Assembly: GCA_041659405.1 (NCBI GenBank)
Contig: JBAZYK010000002.1
Location: 1-32,000, forward strand
Direction: 5' to 3'
From: Candidatus Altimarinota bacterium
GTDB lineage: Bacteria; Patescibacteriota; Gracilibacteria; UBA1369
DNA: 32,000 nt
Positions within the stretch are counted from its first letter, which is position 1. The number at the start of each line of letters is the position of its first letter. Of this stretch, positions 8,253-17,361 are shown one piece after another. The notes below the pieces were generated by a model. It did no database searches, was not told the DNA's origin, and worked only from the letters and a program-made list of their open reading frames with translations. The position numbers and the translations under genes were made by a program.

Positions 8253-9281
8253 TTACAAATGTCTTTTTTTACGACGAACAGTTTCCACCACAAAAGACAG
8301 CCAGTATTTTGGTGAAATAACATAATCCTTGGCATGAACATAGGCGTGCTCAGTACCGCCAAAACCGCGCTTAAACAAGGACAAACCGGCCCAAGGATGC
8401 TTTGAATTATCTTCGGGCGAAACGCCCCAGAAATCATAAAGTTTAAAACCACGCTTTTTCGCTTCCAAAATAATATGCCATTGCAGTAGGTAGGGAGCGG
8501 TTATTTTTGAATATTTGTGAGTTGAAGCTCCATGATGATAAAAAGCCGATCCATTGTAGAAAACAATTAAAGCCGTTGCGACCAGCTCGTTGTTATATTT
8601 TGCGAAGAAAAATAGTGCTTCATTGTTTTTCCCAAAGACCTCCATTTCGGTCTTTAAATAAGTCTTGGAAAACGGCGTAAAGTTTTGACGATCAACAGTG
8701 GTTTGATAAACTTCCCAAAATTTTTCGACATCATCCGGATTATCACTGGTAAAAACTTCAACACCATCTTTTTGCGCCTTACGGATGCAATAACGTGTTG
8801 TTTTACGCATATTCATCATCAAATTATCCTCCGGGGCGGAAACATCAAGAATCCACGCCAACTCGGGATGCTGCATATGAATAGGCGCCTGCCTAAAACC
8901 ATTCTTCAAAAAAAGCTCTTCGTTTTCTGAATTATTTTCCAGCAAAGGACTGAAGCGAATAAAAGCACATCGCTCTTCACCTGCGGCAATTTTAAGGTGA
9001 TCAAGCAGAACCTTTAAAGCTTCATTTTTATCTATACTATCAACAAAAACCGGGCCATGAGGACAAAACAAAAAGGCACCGCGACGTGCGGCAATCTTTA
9101 AAACAAGAACAACTCCAACCAGATTTTCCTGATCATATAGCCCAAAACGGAAGATCTTCGTGCCCATTTTTTCATTAAACTCGCCCCAAGACCAGGAATG
9201 CAAAAAAGTTTGCGGTTTGGCTTTTAAAATAAAGTTTTCCCATTCAGGCCTTGATTCAATTGTTTGGATTCGAAGTGACAT
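8253..9281 (-). CDS. FemX/FemAB-type peptidoglycan bridge-forming aminoacyltransferase (GNAT-fold pair)
   Basis: HSWSWGEFNEKMGTKIFRFGLYDQENLVGVVLVLK...; LFPHGPV; MRKTTRYCIRKAQKDGVEV; YHHGAST...APYLLQWHIILEAKKRGFKLYDFWGVSPE...HPWAGLSLFKRGFGG. Confidence 0.9.
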   Translation of the reverse strand: MSLRIQTIESRPEWENFILKAKPQTFLHSWSWGEFNEKMGTKIFRFGLYDQENLVGVVLVLKIAARRGAFLFCPHGPVFVDSIDKNEALKVLLDHLKIAAGEERCAFIRFSPLLENNSENEELFLKNGFRQAPIHMQHPELAWILDVSAPEDNLMMNMRKTTRYCIRKAQKDGVEVFTSDNPDDVEKFWEVYQTTVDRQNFTPFSKTYLKTEMEVFGKNNEALFFFAKYNNELVATALIVFYNGSAFYHHGASTHKYSKITAPYLLQWHIILEAKKRGFKLYDFWGVSPEDNSKHPWAGLSLFKRGFGGTEHAYVHAKDYVISPKYWLSFVVETVRRKKRHL

Positions 9282-10512
9282 AATTTTTTACAAATGAAAT
9301 AATCTTTTCCGCCTCATTTTTTGTGATCTGAATATTAGTTGGAAGATTAAAAGTTTCTCTGGCCAGTTTTTCCGCAACAGGACAGGTTGATGGAGTATAC
9401 TGCATCTTTTCATAATCAACACCTTCCGGGGCCAGAGAGGTTGTATACCAGTCACCAAGGAAGATTTTGTGCTTTGCCGCAGACTTTAAAATTTTATGCG
9501 CATGCAACATGTGGATTGTATACCGAAGATAAATCGAACGCGAATTATTTAGTTCCTTTTGGGCTTGTAGATGAGAAAGATCACTTTTATAAATTCCAGC
9601 TATTTCTTGACGATGCTGATTGAATTTATCCAACTTTCTAAATTGTTTTAAAGCTAATACCGCCAACGCATTGGGAAATTGCTTGAAAATAAATGGAGGC
9701 TTAAGCCCTTTACGCTCCTCTCTATAAACCGCTTTAGATAAAATTCCAAAACGCAAAGCTAAATGTTGAACAATCTTACCAATATAAATATTAAAAGTAA
9801 GCTTCACAAAAGCCATTATAACCGGATGAAGAAGCTGATGGAAAATCCACCCGGAAGAGGGAAGTGGACATATGCCCCAAAAGGCCTCAATTTTGGCTGC
9901 AATTTGCGGATTTTTAACAGACACAACTCCTCCAAAAACAGCTGAAATAACTTTATCACGACCAAAACTAAAAAAACTCGCGTCGCCAAAAGTTCCAACA
10001 AGTTTATCTTCATAAGTACTCCCAAGAGCATGCGCGCAATCTTCAATCACAAAGAGATTATGTTTTTTGGCAATTTCCAAAAGTTTACCAAGATCAGCCG
10101 GATAGCCAAAAGTATGTTGGATAATCAAAACTTTACTTTTAGCAGTAATTTTCTTTTCCAAATCAACAACGGACATATTGAAAGTTTCCTCATCACAATC
10201 CACATAAACAGGCTTTGCTCCGACCCATAAAATCGGCTCCGGGACTGCAATACATGTATATGCCTGCAACAAAACTTCATCATCATTTTTAAGATCAAGA
10301 ACGTTTAAAATCGCATATAAAGAAGTCCGACCACTCTCAAAAAAGAAAACATGTTTTGACGATAACCAATCTTGAAATTCCTTTTTCAACAAAGATAAGT
10401 GAGCGCCATTTTTCCATCGCCAAGGCCTAAACAATAATTTAAAAGCCAATAAAACGTCATCACGTTCAGTATTAGGGGAAAGAGCTGTGAAAATAGGCTT
10501 ACTCATGAACAT
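9256..10512 (-). CDS. DegT/DnrJ/EryC1/StrS-like PLP-dependent aminotransferase
   Basis: FFESGRTSLYAILNVL, VLLQAYTCIAVPEPILWVGAKPVYVDCD, LIIQHTFGYPADLGKLLEIAKKHNLFVIEDCAHALGS, SFFSFGRDKVISAVFGG (likely PLP lysine). Confidence 0.85.
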   Translation of the reverse strand: MFMSKPIFTALSPNTERDDVLLAFKLLFRPWRWKNGAHLSLLKKEFQDWLSSKHVFFFESGRTSLYAILNVLDLKNDDEVLLQAYTCIAVPEPILWVGAKPVYVDCDEETFNMSVVDLEKKITAKSKVLIIQHTFGYPADLGKLLEIAKKHNLFVIEDCAHALGSTYEDKLVGTFGDASFFSFGRDKVISAVFGGVVSVKNPQIAAKIEAFWGICPLPSSGWIFHQLLHPVIMAFVKLTFNIYIGKIVQHLALRFGILSKAVYREERKGLKPPFIFKQFPNALAVLALKQFRKLDKFNQHRQEIAGIYKSDLSHLQAQKELNNSRSIYLRYTIHMLHAHKILKSAAKHKIFLGDWYTTSLAPEGVDYEKMQYTPSTCPVAEKLARETFNLPTNIQITKNEAEKIISFVKNYVTSNPNN

Positions 10513-11491
10513 TTTCAGTTAAACATTGAATCTCCATTTGAATCTCCTTACTTGCTGCCGCCGGCACAATTATTGGATTTTGCAAAATAGGAGCACGTAT
10601 TTTAAGATCATCTACAATTAAAGGCATATCACAGCCATAAGAAAAGATAACTCTATCACTCCCGACATAACCAAAACGACCAGATTTCTTTGTTTTTCCA
10701 AGACCAAAAAGCTGCTCCATTGATGGATCAACCGGAACCCACACACCATTTGGTAACATAAATTCAGCCCAAGCGTGCATGGAATTATTCTTGTATCCAG
10801 CCAAAAACCCGGAAACAACCCGTGCCGGAATTCCACAAGCTTGACATAAAGAAACAAATAGAGCGTCAAACCCACCACAATCAACCTGGCGTGTTTTTAG
10901 CGCTTGCTTATAGGAATAAAGATCAAGAATCGGATTCTTATATTCCAAAAAAGAAATCACAAATTCGTTAATTTTTTGAGCAATTTTAAAAACATCAGTT
11001 GTATTTTTCTTTATGTCCAAGGCAAAACTCTTAATTGCGGCATCCTCACCGGAAACAAAATTATTTGGTGAAGTATAGAGGCTATAAAGATCCGGATCGC
11101 ATTTTAAATAATCTTTTAATGTAAAATGGTGTTTTTTAATAGAAGGCGAGGCAGGGGAGACCTCTATCGTAAATTCTTCCTCAAACTTTTTCACTTCATG
11201 ATTCCCCAAATCGATTTGCCAAAATGTATATTTATTTTCATATAAAGAATCCTGAAAAATCCCACCGGAAATTGGATTTGTTTTAATTTCCGATTTCAAT
11301 TTTTGAGATTCGCAGTTACTTGGAATTGGCAAAATTAAATAAAAATTTTTCGCTAAAGAAGAGTTATTAGTTAAAGTAACAGAATACTTAAATCGATAAA
11401 CCTGTTGATGGGTGTAAAAAAGGAAAAGACGATTGTTTTCCAAAAAATAGATTAAAGGTCGACTGATTTTCCTAAGAAGTGAATTTTTCAT
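10499..11491 (-). CDS. Transglutaminase-like cysteine protease-fold protein, no obvious signal peptide
   Basis: ALKTRQVDCGGFDALFVSLCQACGIPARVVSGF...NSMHAWAEFMLPNGVWVPVDPS: Cys-His-Asp triad context. Confidence 0.85.
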   Translation of the reverse strand: MKNSLLRKISRPLIYFLENNRLFLFYTHQQVYRFKYSVTLTNNSSLAKNFYLILPIPSNCESQKLKSEIKTNPISGGIFQDSLYENKYTFWQIDLGNHEVKKFEEEFTIEVSPASPSIKKHHFTLKDYLKCDPDLYSLYTSPNNFVSGEDAAIKSFALDIKKNTTDVFKIAQKINEFVISFLEYKNPILDLYSYKQALKTRQVDCGGFDALFVSLCQACGIPARVVSGFLAGYKNNSMHAWAEFMLPNGVWVPVDPSMEQLFGLGKTKKSGRFGYVGSDRVIFSYGCDMPLIVDDLKIRAPILQNPIIVPAAASKEIQMEIQCLTENVHE

Positions 11492-11514
11492 TCATTTAGA
11501 CAAAAAGCCCTCGA

Positions 11515-11520
11515 ATTATA
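11515..11520 (-). promoter_or_regulatory. Extended -10 box (TGT-TATAAT) upstream of the transglutaminase / DegT-like / FemX genes
   Basis: Minus strand GGCATGTTATAATTCG, 23 nt before ATG 11491. Confidence 0.6.
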
Positions 11521-11650
11521 ACATGCCAAGGGTATAAAAACACCCAAAAGGAACCAAAGACGCTATAAACGAAGATTCTAACCTAATGGCTAATCATAGG
11601 CAAAAATAGAACCAAGTGAGTATAACTTTTGTGCTCACCACCTGTTTATT

Positions 11651-11670
11651 TGCACAAGATATATTGTGCA
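11651..11670. repeat. Perfect dyad TGCACAA-GATATA-TTGTGCA
   Basis: Read directly; 7-bp arms in the 235-bp gap between the 524-aa gene and the transglutaminase gene. Confidence 0.8.
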
Positions 11671-11726
11671 AAATAGAAGATAGGTCAGAAAGAGTGAAAA
11701 TTTACCACTTCCCTACCAAGTAAATA

Positions 11727-13301
11727 CTACAAAGTTGTATCACGATATCCAATCTGTTTTAAAAATTCAGTAAAGTTAACACTGCTCAAATGATTTGGAT
11801 CAAAAGGTAAAGTTTCATCTTTAAGTGCTGTTTGAATCTTGCCAACCGTACCTTCTGATGACAATACAATCAAAGCCTTCGCTACCCTACTCCCAAAATC
11901 ATCAGTTGCAGGGCCATAAAACGTCGGATTCACATCAGGATTAACCAATATGTTCATAAATTTTTCAAACAAATGAATCTCTTTTTCAGTCAACGCAGCA
12001 TGATCTATAGAACGTCCAAAAAGCTTTGTAGAAAGATCAGCTAGTTGTGCATCATTCAACTCTTTATTATAAGCCTGATGAAATTGTGGCATCCTTCTAA
12101 GCAAAACGTCAGTAGCCAATGCATCCAAACGAATACAATTACCGGCAAGCCGTAAACTTCTTGGAGGAACAGTAACTTTTCCATGATCGGAATTTGAATC
12201 ATAAAAAGTATAACGAGCATTCTGATCAGAAAAACCTGAAGCTCCAATAGTATCAATCGACATCTCAACACGGACTTCCCCTGGCAAAACCAGTGTATAG
12301 TGACCATTTTCAGGATCATAAGATTCAACTCTTTTCGCCCCAAAACGCGCAGCCGCACCAGCAGAAGAAACTATTGGTTGATGAGATGGATCAATATTTT
12401 GAACCTCTAAATTTAAAGGAAAACCCTGATTTTCATTAGCGGCTGATTGATTTTCTTTATCAGCTTTAGCTTGCTCTTCTTCAAGCATCTGTTCCCATTC
12501 TTCATCACTAATCCCCTGCCCTTTTGCGTCTTCAATCTTATTCAACATTGCATGATAAGAAGAGAAATATCGCTGAGCTTCAAATGCTTGCGTTTGCAAA
12601 CTTTTCACCACATCCTCAAAAAGAACTTTAACATTACCTTCAGGCAAATTATCAAGACCACAAGTGGCCTTAAAATTTTGATACAATGCTAGCTTGGAAG
12701 CCTCATCCAACTGATCATAATGCAAAAGCTTTCCCGAAACTTTAGGATCACGAACATAATCCAAAACTCTTTTTGTTAAATCTTTTGGAGCTGAAGGATT
12801 TTCTTCCTGGAATTTTTGGACGTAAACTGCAAGTACGTTATCCAACAAATCACTTAAAAAAGTATAACCCTCTTTTAGAAAAACAGTATGGCTCTGTTCT
12901 TTGGAATATTCCTTTTGTTCAACTGTAAACTTATTTCTGGTCTTGCGATAAAACTGTTGAAAATGCTTAGGATCATCAATAAAACCACTAAGCATTCCAC
13001 GACACAACGCAGCTTTTTCCTTAACGGAAGGATGAGTAGATAACGTCAAAAATCCGGGATCAAAACCTATATTATCTGCAGCCTGAAGAACATAGAAAGT
13101 GTTAACTTTATCCTTCATCTCCTCTGCTGCAAGTTCCGCTCTCTGCCTTGAGCGCTCATCTATAAAAGCTGAACGCTCATCCATAAATTTAGGATCCTTC
13201 AGCTGCTTACTCAATGATTGTGGGACAGTACGAAGCTGCCCCAACCCTTCTTTGGAAAGTTTAGGCGATTCAAACGCTGGTTTTTCAATACTATCCGCCA
13301 T
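11727..13301 (-). CDS. Uncharacterised 524-aa protein, mostly soluble and alpha-helical in appearance, no signal peptide or recognised domain
   Basis: Long uninterrupted ORF with a biased low-complexity acidic central linker (EEWEQMLEEEQAKADKENQSAANENQG); tandem TATAAT boxes upstream. Confidence 0.85.
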   Translation of the reverse strand: MADSIEKPAFESPKLSKEGLGQLRTVPQSLSKQLKDPKFMDERSAFIDERSRQRAELAAEEMKDKVNTFYVLQAADNIGFDPGFLTLSTHPSVKEKAALCRGMLSGFIDDPKHFQQFYRKTRNKFTVEQKEYSKEQSHTVFLKEGYTFLSDLLDNVLAVYVQKFQEENPSAPKDLTKRVLDYVRDPKVSGKLLHYDQLDEASKLALYQNFKATCGLDNLPEGNVKVLFEDVVKSLQTQAFEAQRYFSSYHAMLNKIEDAKGQGISDEEWEQMLEEEQAKADKENQSAANENQGFPLNLEVQNIDPSHQPIVSSAGAAARFGAKRVESYDPENGHYTLVLPGEVRVEMSIDTIGASGFSDQNARYTFYDSNSDHGKVTVPPRSLRLAGNCIRLDALATDVLLRRMPQFHQAYNKELNDAQLADLSTKLFGRSIDHAALTEKEIHLFEKFMNILVNPDVNPTFYGPATDDFGSRVAKALIVLSSEGTVGKIQTALKDETLPFDPNHLSSVNFTEFLKQIGYRDTTL

Positions 13302-13417
13302 TTTTATTTACAATTTTACAAAATATTATACAATTATACTCTTTTCTGGTGAAAACTTCAAACTGATTAGCTTAGGGGAAAGCGGACAAAGGTCTTTCTA
13401 AAAAGCCATTTTTTTGC

Positions 13418-13423
13418 TATAAT
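13418..13423 (+). promoter_or_regulatory. Extended -10 box (TGC-TATAAT) upstream of the 1303-aa gene
   Basis: TTTTTTTGCTATAATTAGGG, 26 nt before the ATG. Confidence 0.6.
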
Positions 13424-13449
13424 TAGGGGAATTTATTAATACCAACTCT

Positions 13450-16400
13450 ATGGGAGGCGACGCAAACAAGCCAAAAGGAAAAATCGAAAATGCAGAAAGG
13501 GCCAAGGATCAAAGAGAAATCACCCCCTCAGACGCAAGTAAGCAGGAACGAGCTTCCGTGGCGATTGATGTTACAAAGGGGAAATCTGAAAAAGAGATTG
13601 CTGCTAGGCTTGAAGAACACAAAGAAAAGGGCTCAGAAACATTAAGTACAATCAAATCAATAAATGTCTCAAAAGAGACAAAAGAGCAGTTGGAAGCAAT
13701 TAAACTACTTAAAGTTATAAGTTACGTTGTTTTTACTAAACTTTTTAATAAAGGGCTTAAATTCAAAGACGTAAAAGAATTATCATCCCTAACAAATGTT
13801 TCTACAAATTTAACAACAGAACTGGATAGCAATGAAAAAACAGCTTTTGAAAAATTAAAAGAAATTGCCGAAAACTCTAATTCAATCCTTTTTAAGGAAT
13901 TCACGCAAACAACGGAAAATACATTTAATTGGAGTTCATTTATTGAAGATGCACACGCACAATTCCAAGCCGTTGCATTTAAACCATCAATGCATGCACC
14001 GGAAACTGTGCCTTTAAAACCAACTGAAGAAAGTAAAAGTCCAGAAAAAGCCTTCCACGAAAGGGCCTTTGATTGGATCAAGGAAAACCCAGGTAAAACA
14101 GCACTCATAACCGCAGGAGTATTCATTGCCGGTTATGGCCTTTATGAATATTTCTCATCAGATGAGAATAAAGATGAAAAAAAAGAAGGAAGTAATATGA
14201 ATAAATATTTATTGGGAGGAGGTTTAGCATTATCAGGATTGGTTTTGGGAGGAATTTTAGGAAAAGATAAAGTTTTGGATTGGTTTAAGGAACATGAATG
14301 GATTTCAGATGAAAAGAAAGAAAAATTCCTGGCCTATTGGAACGCAGGAGAAAGGCTAAAAGCAATCGAAACATTATTTGAAAGTCCGGATCCAAACTGG
14401 GAAAAAGAAAAACAAATTGCCGAAAAAATTTCAAAAGAAACAGGTAAAAAAGTATCCGCACTTACTCTTAGTTCGATAGCAAATCTAAAATATGATGATT
14501 TTAGAGGAATGTCCGATGAAGTAAAAAAACTGGCAAGCTCATTACTGAAAACGGGTGGATTGAGTTTTCTTTCCAAATTGGTTGAAGAAAGCCCTATTGT
14601 AGTGCAAGAAGCAAAAGTCATAAAAGATTATTTAGCAAAAAAACAGGATAAAATTAAAGCATTGAACCTACCTGAAAACGTCACTGTACTAGAGGTATTG
14701 GGCAAATTGACTGAAATTCATGTCGAAGTTATCCCACAACCAGAAGAGGAAAAAAGCGTGATTGGAAAGGCGGGAAAAGCAGCAGGAATTGTCTTCGTAG
14801 AAGGAAAAGAGAAAGTTAGTGGGTTTTTCCAGGAAAGCTATGACGCAATCAAAAAAGAATTTGATGATATCCCTGAAATACAAGAAATTTTAAAAAAATA
14901 CGATAATGGAGAAGCCACTCTCCACCCTTATAATTTCATTACAGAACTTTTTAACGCCTGTACTAAAAATAAAGTGGATATTGTTTTAGGTATGGGAAAA
15001 GTTGCACTTTACCGTGGCGGAAAATTTATTTTCATTTCAAGTTACGAAACTTTATATAACACCGCAGTAGCTTTTGTAAAATCGCCAGGCATAAGTGCCC
15101 CAGTTCAAGAATATCTGATAGGTGCAACTCCATTTATTGCAGTTGGTAGTGCTATTGGAGGAATTATCAATTCGGTCCAAGGACATAGTTTTGTTGCCGG
15201 TGCCTTTAGGGGAGCCGCAAAAGGAGCGATTTTTCCTGTCACAATCGCAACTGAAACTGGAAAATTTATAACAAGAGGACCACAAAGAATTTATCGAACA
15301 GCGAAAGGAATGGAATATTCTGTAAAAGAAACATTTAGTTCCGAAGCAGGGAAACTGGCAATAATTGAAGAGGAAGCCAGATTCTATGCTAAAATTGCTA
15401 ACGGCTATGACGATTTAATCGTAAACAAAGATGGATTATCTATCATCAATCCAAAACGCTGGTATGCAAAATTAAGCAAAGCCCGACTTGAAGAGCTTCG
15501 CTTCGAATACATGAAAAAGTTTGCTATTGCCTACAACAAATTAAACAAAGGACCAGCACTAAGTATTGAAAAACTTAACGATACGGCAGAAATAAAAGAT
15601 GCCAGACAGAAGATATATGATCTTTTAAAAGATGCAGAAGCTAAGGATAAATTGAAGTCAACAGCGGCAAAAACAACTCCGGTTTTACCCCCAGAAGAAC
15701 CAAAACATCTTGGCTCAGAAGGCCCTAGTGGTCCTGATCAAAAGCATAAATATAAATATTTCAATGAAGAGGTTGAGCTACAACAAAAAAATATCGAAGC
15801 AAAAGCTGGCGAAATCGCAAAAACTGAAACACCTCCGACAGATCCTGCAGAACTGCAGAAATGGAATGATACAAACTGGAATAAAGCCATCAAAGCGCTT
15901 TGTGAAGAAAAGCTGCTTACTCCAACGCCAGTTCAAGGCAAAAAAGATGTTTATCGCTTTCAAAATAAAGAAATTACAATTCCAAAATCCGAAATTGAGG
16001 CAAAGATGAAGACTTCCGGAATATCCGAAATAGAGGCAACTAAAGCGCTTTGTTATGAAAAAGCTTTAGCTCACGTCACAGTCCAGGAAGTTAAAATTGT
16101 TAACGGCGAATATCAATACAAAATTAATGGAGAATGGGTCACACCAGATGATCCTAAAAATCCGGTTAAAGCCGCTGAAATTAAAGAAAAGTGGATGAAC
16201 GAAATGCAAAAGAAAGGTGTGAATTTTGATTTTCAGAAATTTGCCGGTGAAGCAAAATACTTCAAATATTTCTCTGCATTCGAAAAAGTTCTAGGTACCG
16301 CAGCTGCAGTTGGAATATTTTATCACCTCTACAGTGCACCAGATAAGAAAAAAGCCGTAGCGGAAACAACCGCAGGCCTAGCCACATTTATCACTGGAGC

Positions 16401-17361
16401 AAAATTGACTGAATGGAAAATAGGTAAGCACTTCAAAAATCCGATAGCAAAAGGAGTCATCGACATGATGGGTGGAGTTGCATTTGCCATGGGTTTCACC
16501 GAACCAATTTCAAAATTAGTTGATGATTTTATTGATGTTTTACCTGCCGGATATGGAGTTTCAAAAGAAGTGGCCGAAATAATGGAAAAAGCGGCAGCGG
16601 GCTCAATTGTTAGAACAGCTACTTTAAGTCTTGAAAAAGGAATCTTAAGATCAGCGGTTGAAAAAGGAGCAACAAAACTTGGATTCAAGGGAATAGAAAG
16701 AGTATTCGAGAAAAAAATTGAGAGTACGTTTCTCAAGAAAATAATGACGTTTAGCGCAGAAAAAGGATTTGGTAAAATCTTAAAAATGCTAGGCTGGAGA
16801 GGCGCAACCACCATAGCCCTGCTTGCCGACGACGCAACGGTAATAGGCGTTCTAGACGACGTAATCGCTTTAGGGTTTATTGTTTGGATGGGCATCGATA
16901 TCGTCGAAATTGTGATGTTGATGAGGAATGCATACAAAGTAAAAGAGCAAATGGCACAAAGAACAGGAAAAGAAATCACTGAATTTAAACCTGAACACGG
17001 CAAAAGCGAAGCTCTTATTCAAAAAGAACTGGCCAAATATGGTAAAACCATAAGCCAAATTCACGAATTGAGTGAAGACGATCTTTTCGCAATTTTAAAA
17101 TCCATTGATGAACCGGTAACATTCAAAATCAAACGAGCGGGAGTAGCCGGATATGAATCCTGGACATTAACTAAAGGTGAAGCAAGCGGAATTGCTATTT
17201 TTGACGACGCAGGAGGCAAAATTGCAGAAATCGAAGATAAAGATGCGGCGAAAATCGACAAGGCCGTTAAGGAAATGGAAGAGAAAGCACAAAAGGAAGG
17301 CAAAACCGGCAAAGTTGATGCTCCTTCTGAAGGCCAAACTCCAGCTGCCAAAGCCGCTTAA
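13450..17361 (+). CDS. Uncharacterised 1303-aa protein with several hydrophobic, potentially membrane-embedded segments
   Basis: Single intact ORF. Hydrophobic segments include GKTALITAGVFIAGYGLYEYF, YLLGGGLALSGLVLGGILG, YLIGATPFIAVGSAIGGII, VLGTAAAVGIFYHLY, GVIDMMGGVAFAMGF and VLDDVIALGFIVWMGIDIVEIVMLM. Charged helical linkers and a low-complexity C-terminus. Confidence 0.88.
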   Translation: MGGDANKPKGKIENAERAKDQREITPSDASKQERASVAIDVTKGKSEKEIAARLEEHKEKGSETLSTIKSINVSKETKEQLEAIKLLKVISYVVFTKLFNKGLKFKDVKELSSLTNVSTNLTTELDSNEKTAFEKLKEIAENSNSILFKEFTQTTENTFNWSSFIEDAHAQFQAVAFKPSMHAPETVPLKPTEESKSPEKAFHERAFDWIKENPGKTALITAGVFIAGYGLYEYFSSDENKDEKKEGSNMNKYLLGGGLALSGLVLGGILGKDKVLDWFKEHEWISDEKKEKFLAYWNAGERLKAIETLFESPDPNWEKEKQIAEKISKETGKKVSALTLSSIANLKYDDFRGMSDEVKKLASSLLKTGGLSFLSKLVEESPIVVQEAKVIKDYLAKKQDKIKALNLPENVTVLEVLGKLTEIHVEVIPQPEEEKSVIGKAGKAAGIVFVEGKEKVSGFFQESYDAIKKEFDDIPEIQEILKKYDNGEATLHPYNFITELFNACTKNKVDIVLGMGKVALYRGGKFIFISSYETLYNTAVAFVKSPGISAPVQEYLIGATPFIAVGSAIGGIINSVQGHSFVAGAFRGAAKGAIFPVTIATETGKFITRGPQRIYRTAKGMEYSVKETFSSEAGKLAIIEEEARFYAKIANGYDDLIVNKDGLSIINPKRWYAKLSKARLEELRFEYMKKFAIAYNKLNKGPALSIEKLNDTAEIKDARQKIYDLLKDAEAKDKLKSTAAKTTPVLPPEEPKHLGSEGPSGPDQKHKYKYFNEEVELQQKNIEAKAGEIAKTETPPTDPAELQKWNDTNWNKAIKALCEEKLLTPTPVQGKKDVYRFQNKEITIPKSEIEAKMKTSGISEIEATKALCYEKALAHVTVQEVKIVNGEYQYKINGEWVTPDDPKNPVKAAEIKEKWMNEMQKKGVNFDFQKFAGEAKYFKYFSAFEKVLGTAAAVGIFYHLYSAPDKKKAVAETTAGLATFITGAKLTEWKIGKHFKNPIAKGVIDMMGGVAFAMGFTEPISKLVDDFIDVLPAGYGVSKEVAEIMEKAAAGSIVRTATLSLEKGILRSAVEKGATKLGFKGIERVFEKKIESTFLKKIMTFSAEKGFGKILKMLGWRGATTIALLADDATVIGVLDDVIALGFIVWMGIDIVEIVMLMRNAYKVKEQMAQRTGKEITEFKPEHGKSEALIQKELAKYGKTISQIHELSEDDLFAILKSIDEPVTFKIKRAGVAGYESWTLTKGEASGIAIFDDAGGKIAEIEDKDAAKIDKAVKEMEEKAQKEGKTGKVDAPSEGQTPAAKAA

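Noticed and set aside
8237-8452. Minus-strand ORF 8237-8452.
   Set aside because: Overlaps the well-supported FemX gene in another frame.
10499-11491. Transglutaminase gene set as a RiPP biosynthetic cluster.
   Set aside because: No small precursor-like ORF, leader peptidase or radical SAM enzyme lies adjacent; only a metabolite/envelope role can be suggested.
13450-17361. The 1303-aa protein as a polymorphic toxin, phage tape-measure or secreted adhesin.
   Set aside because: No signal peptide, no recognised toxin or repeat domain and no phage structural neighbours; the hydrophobic segments alone are not sufficient for any of these calls.
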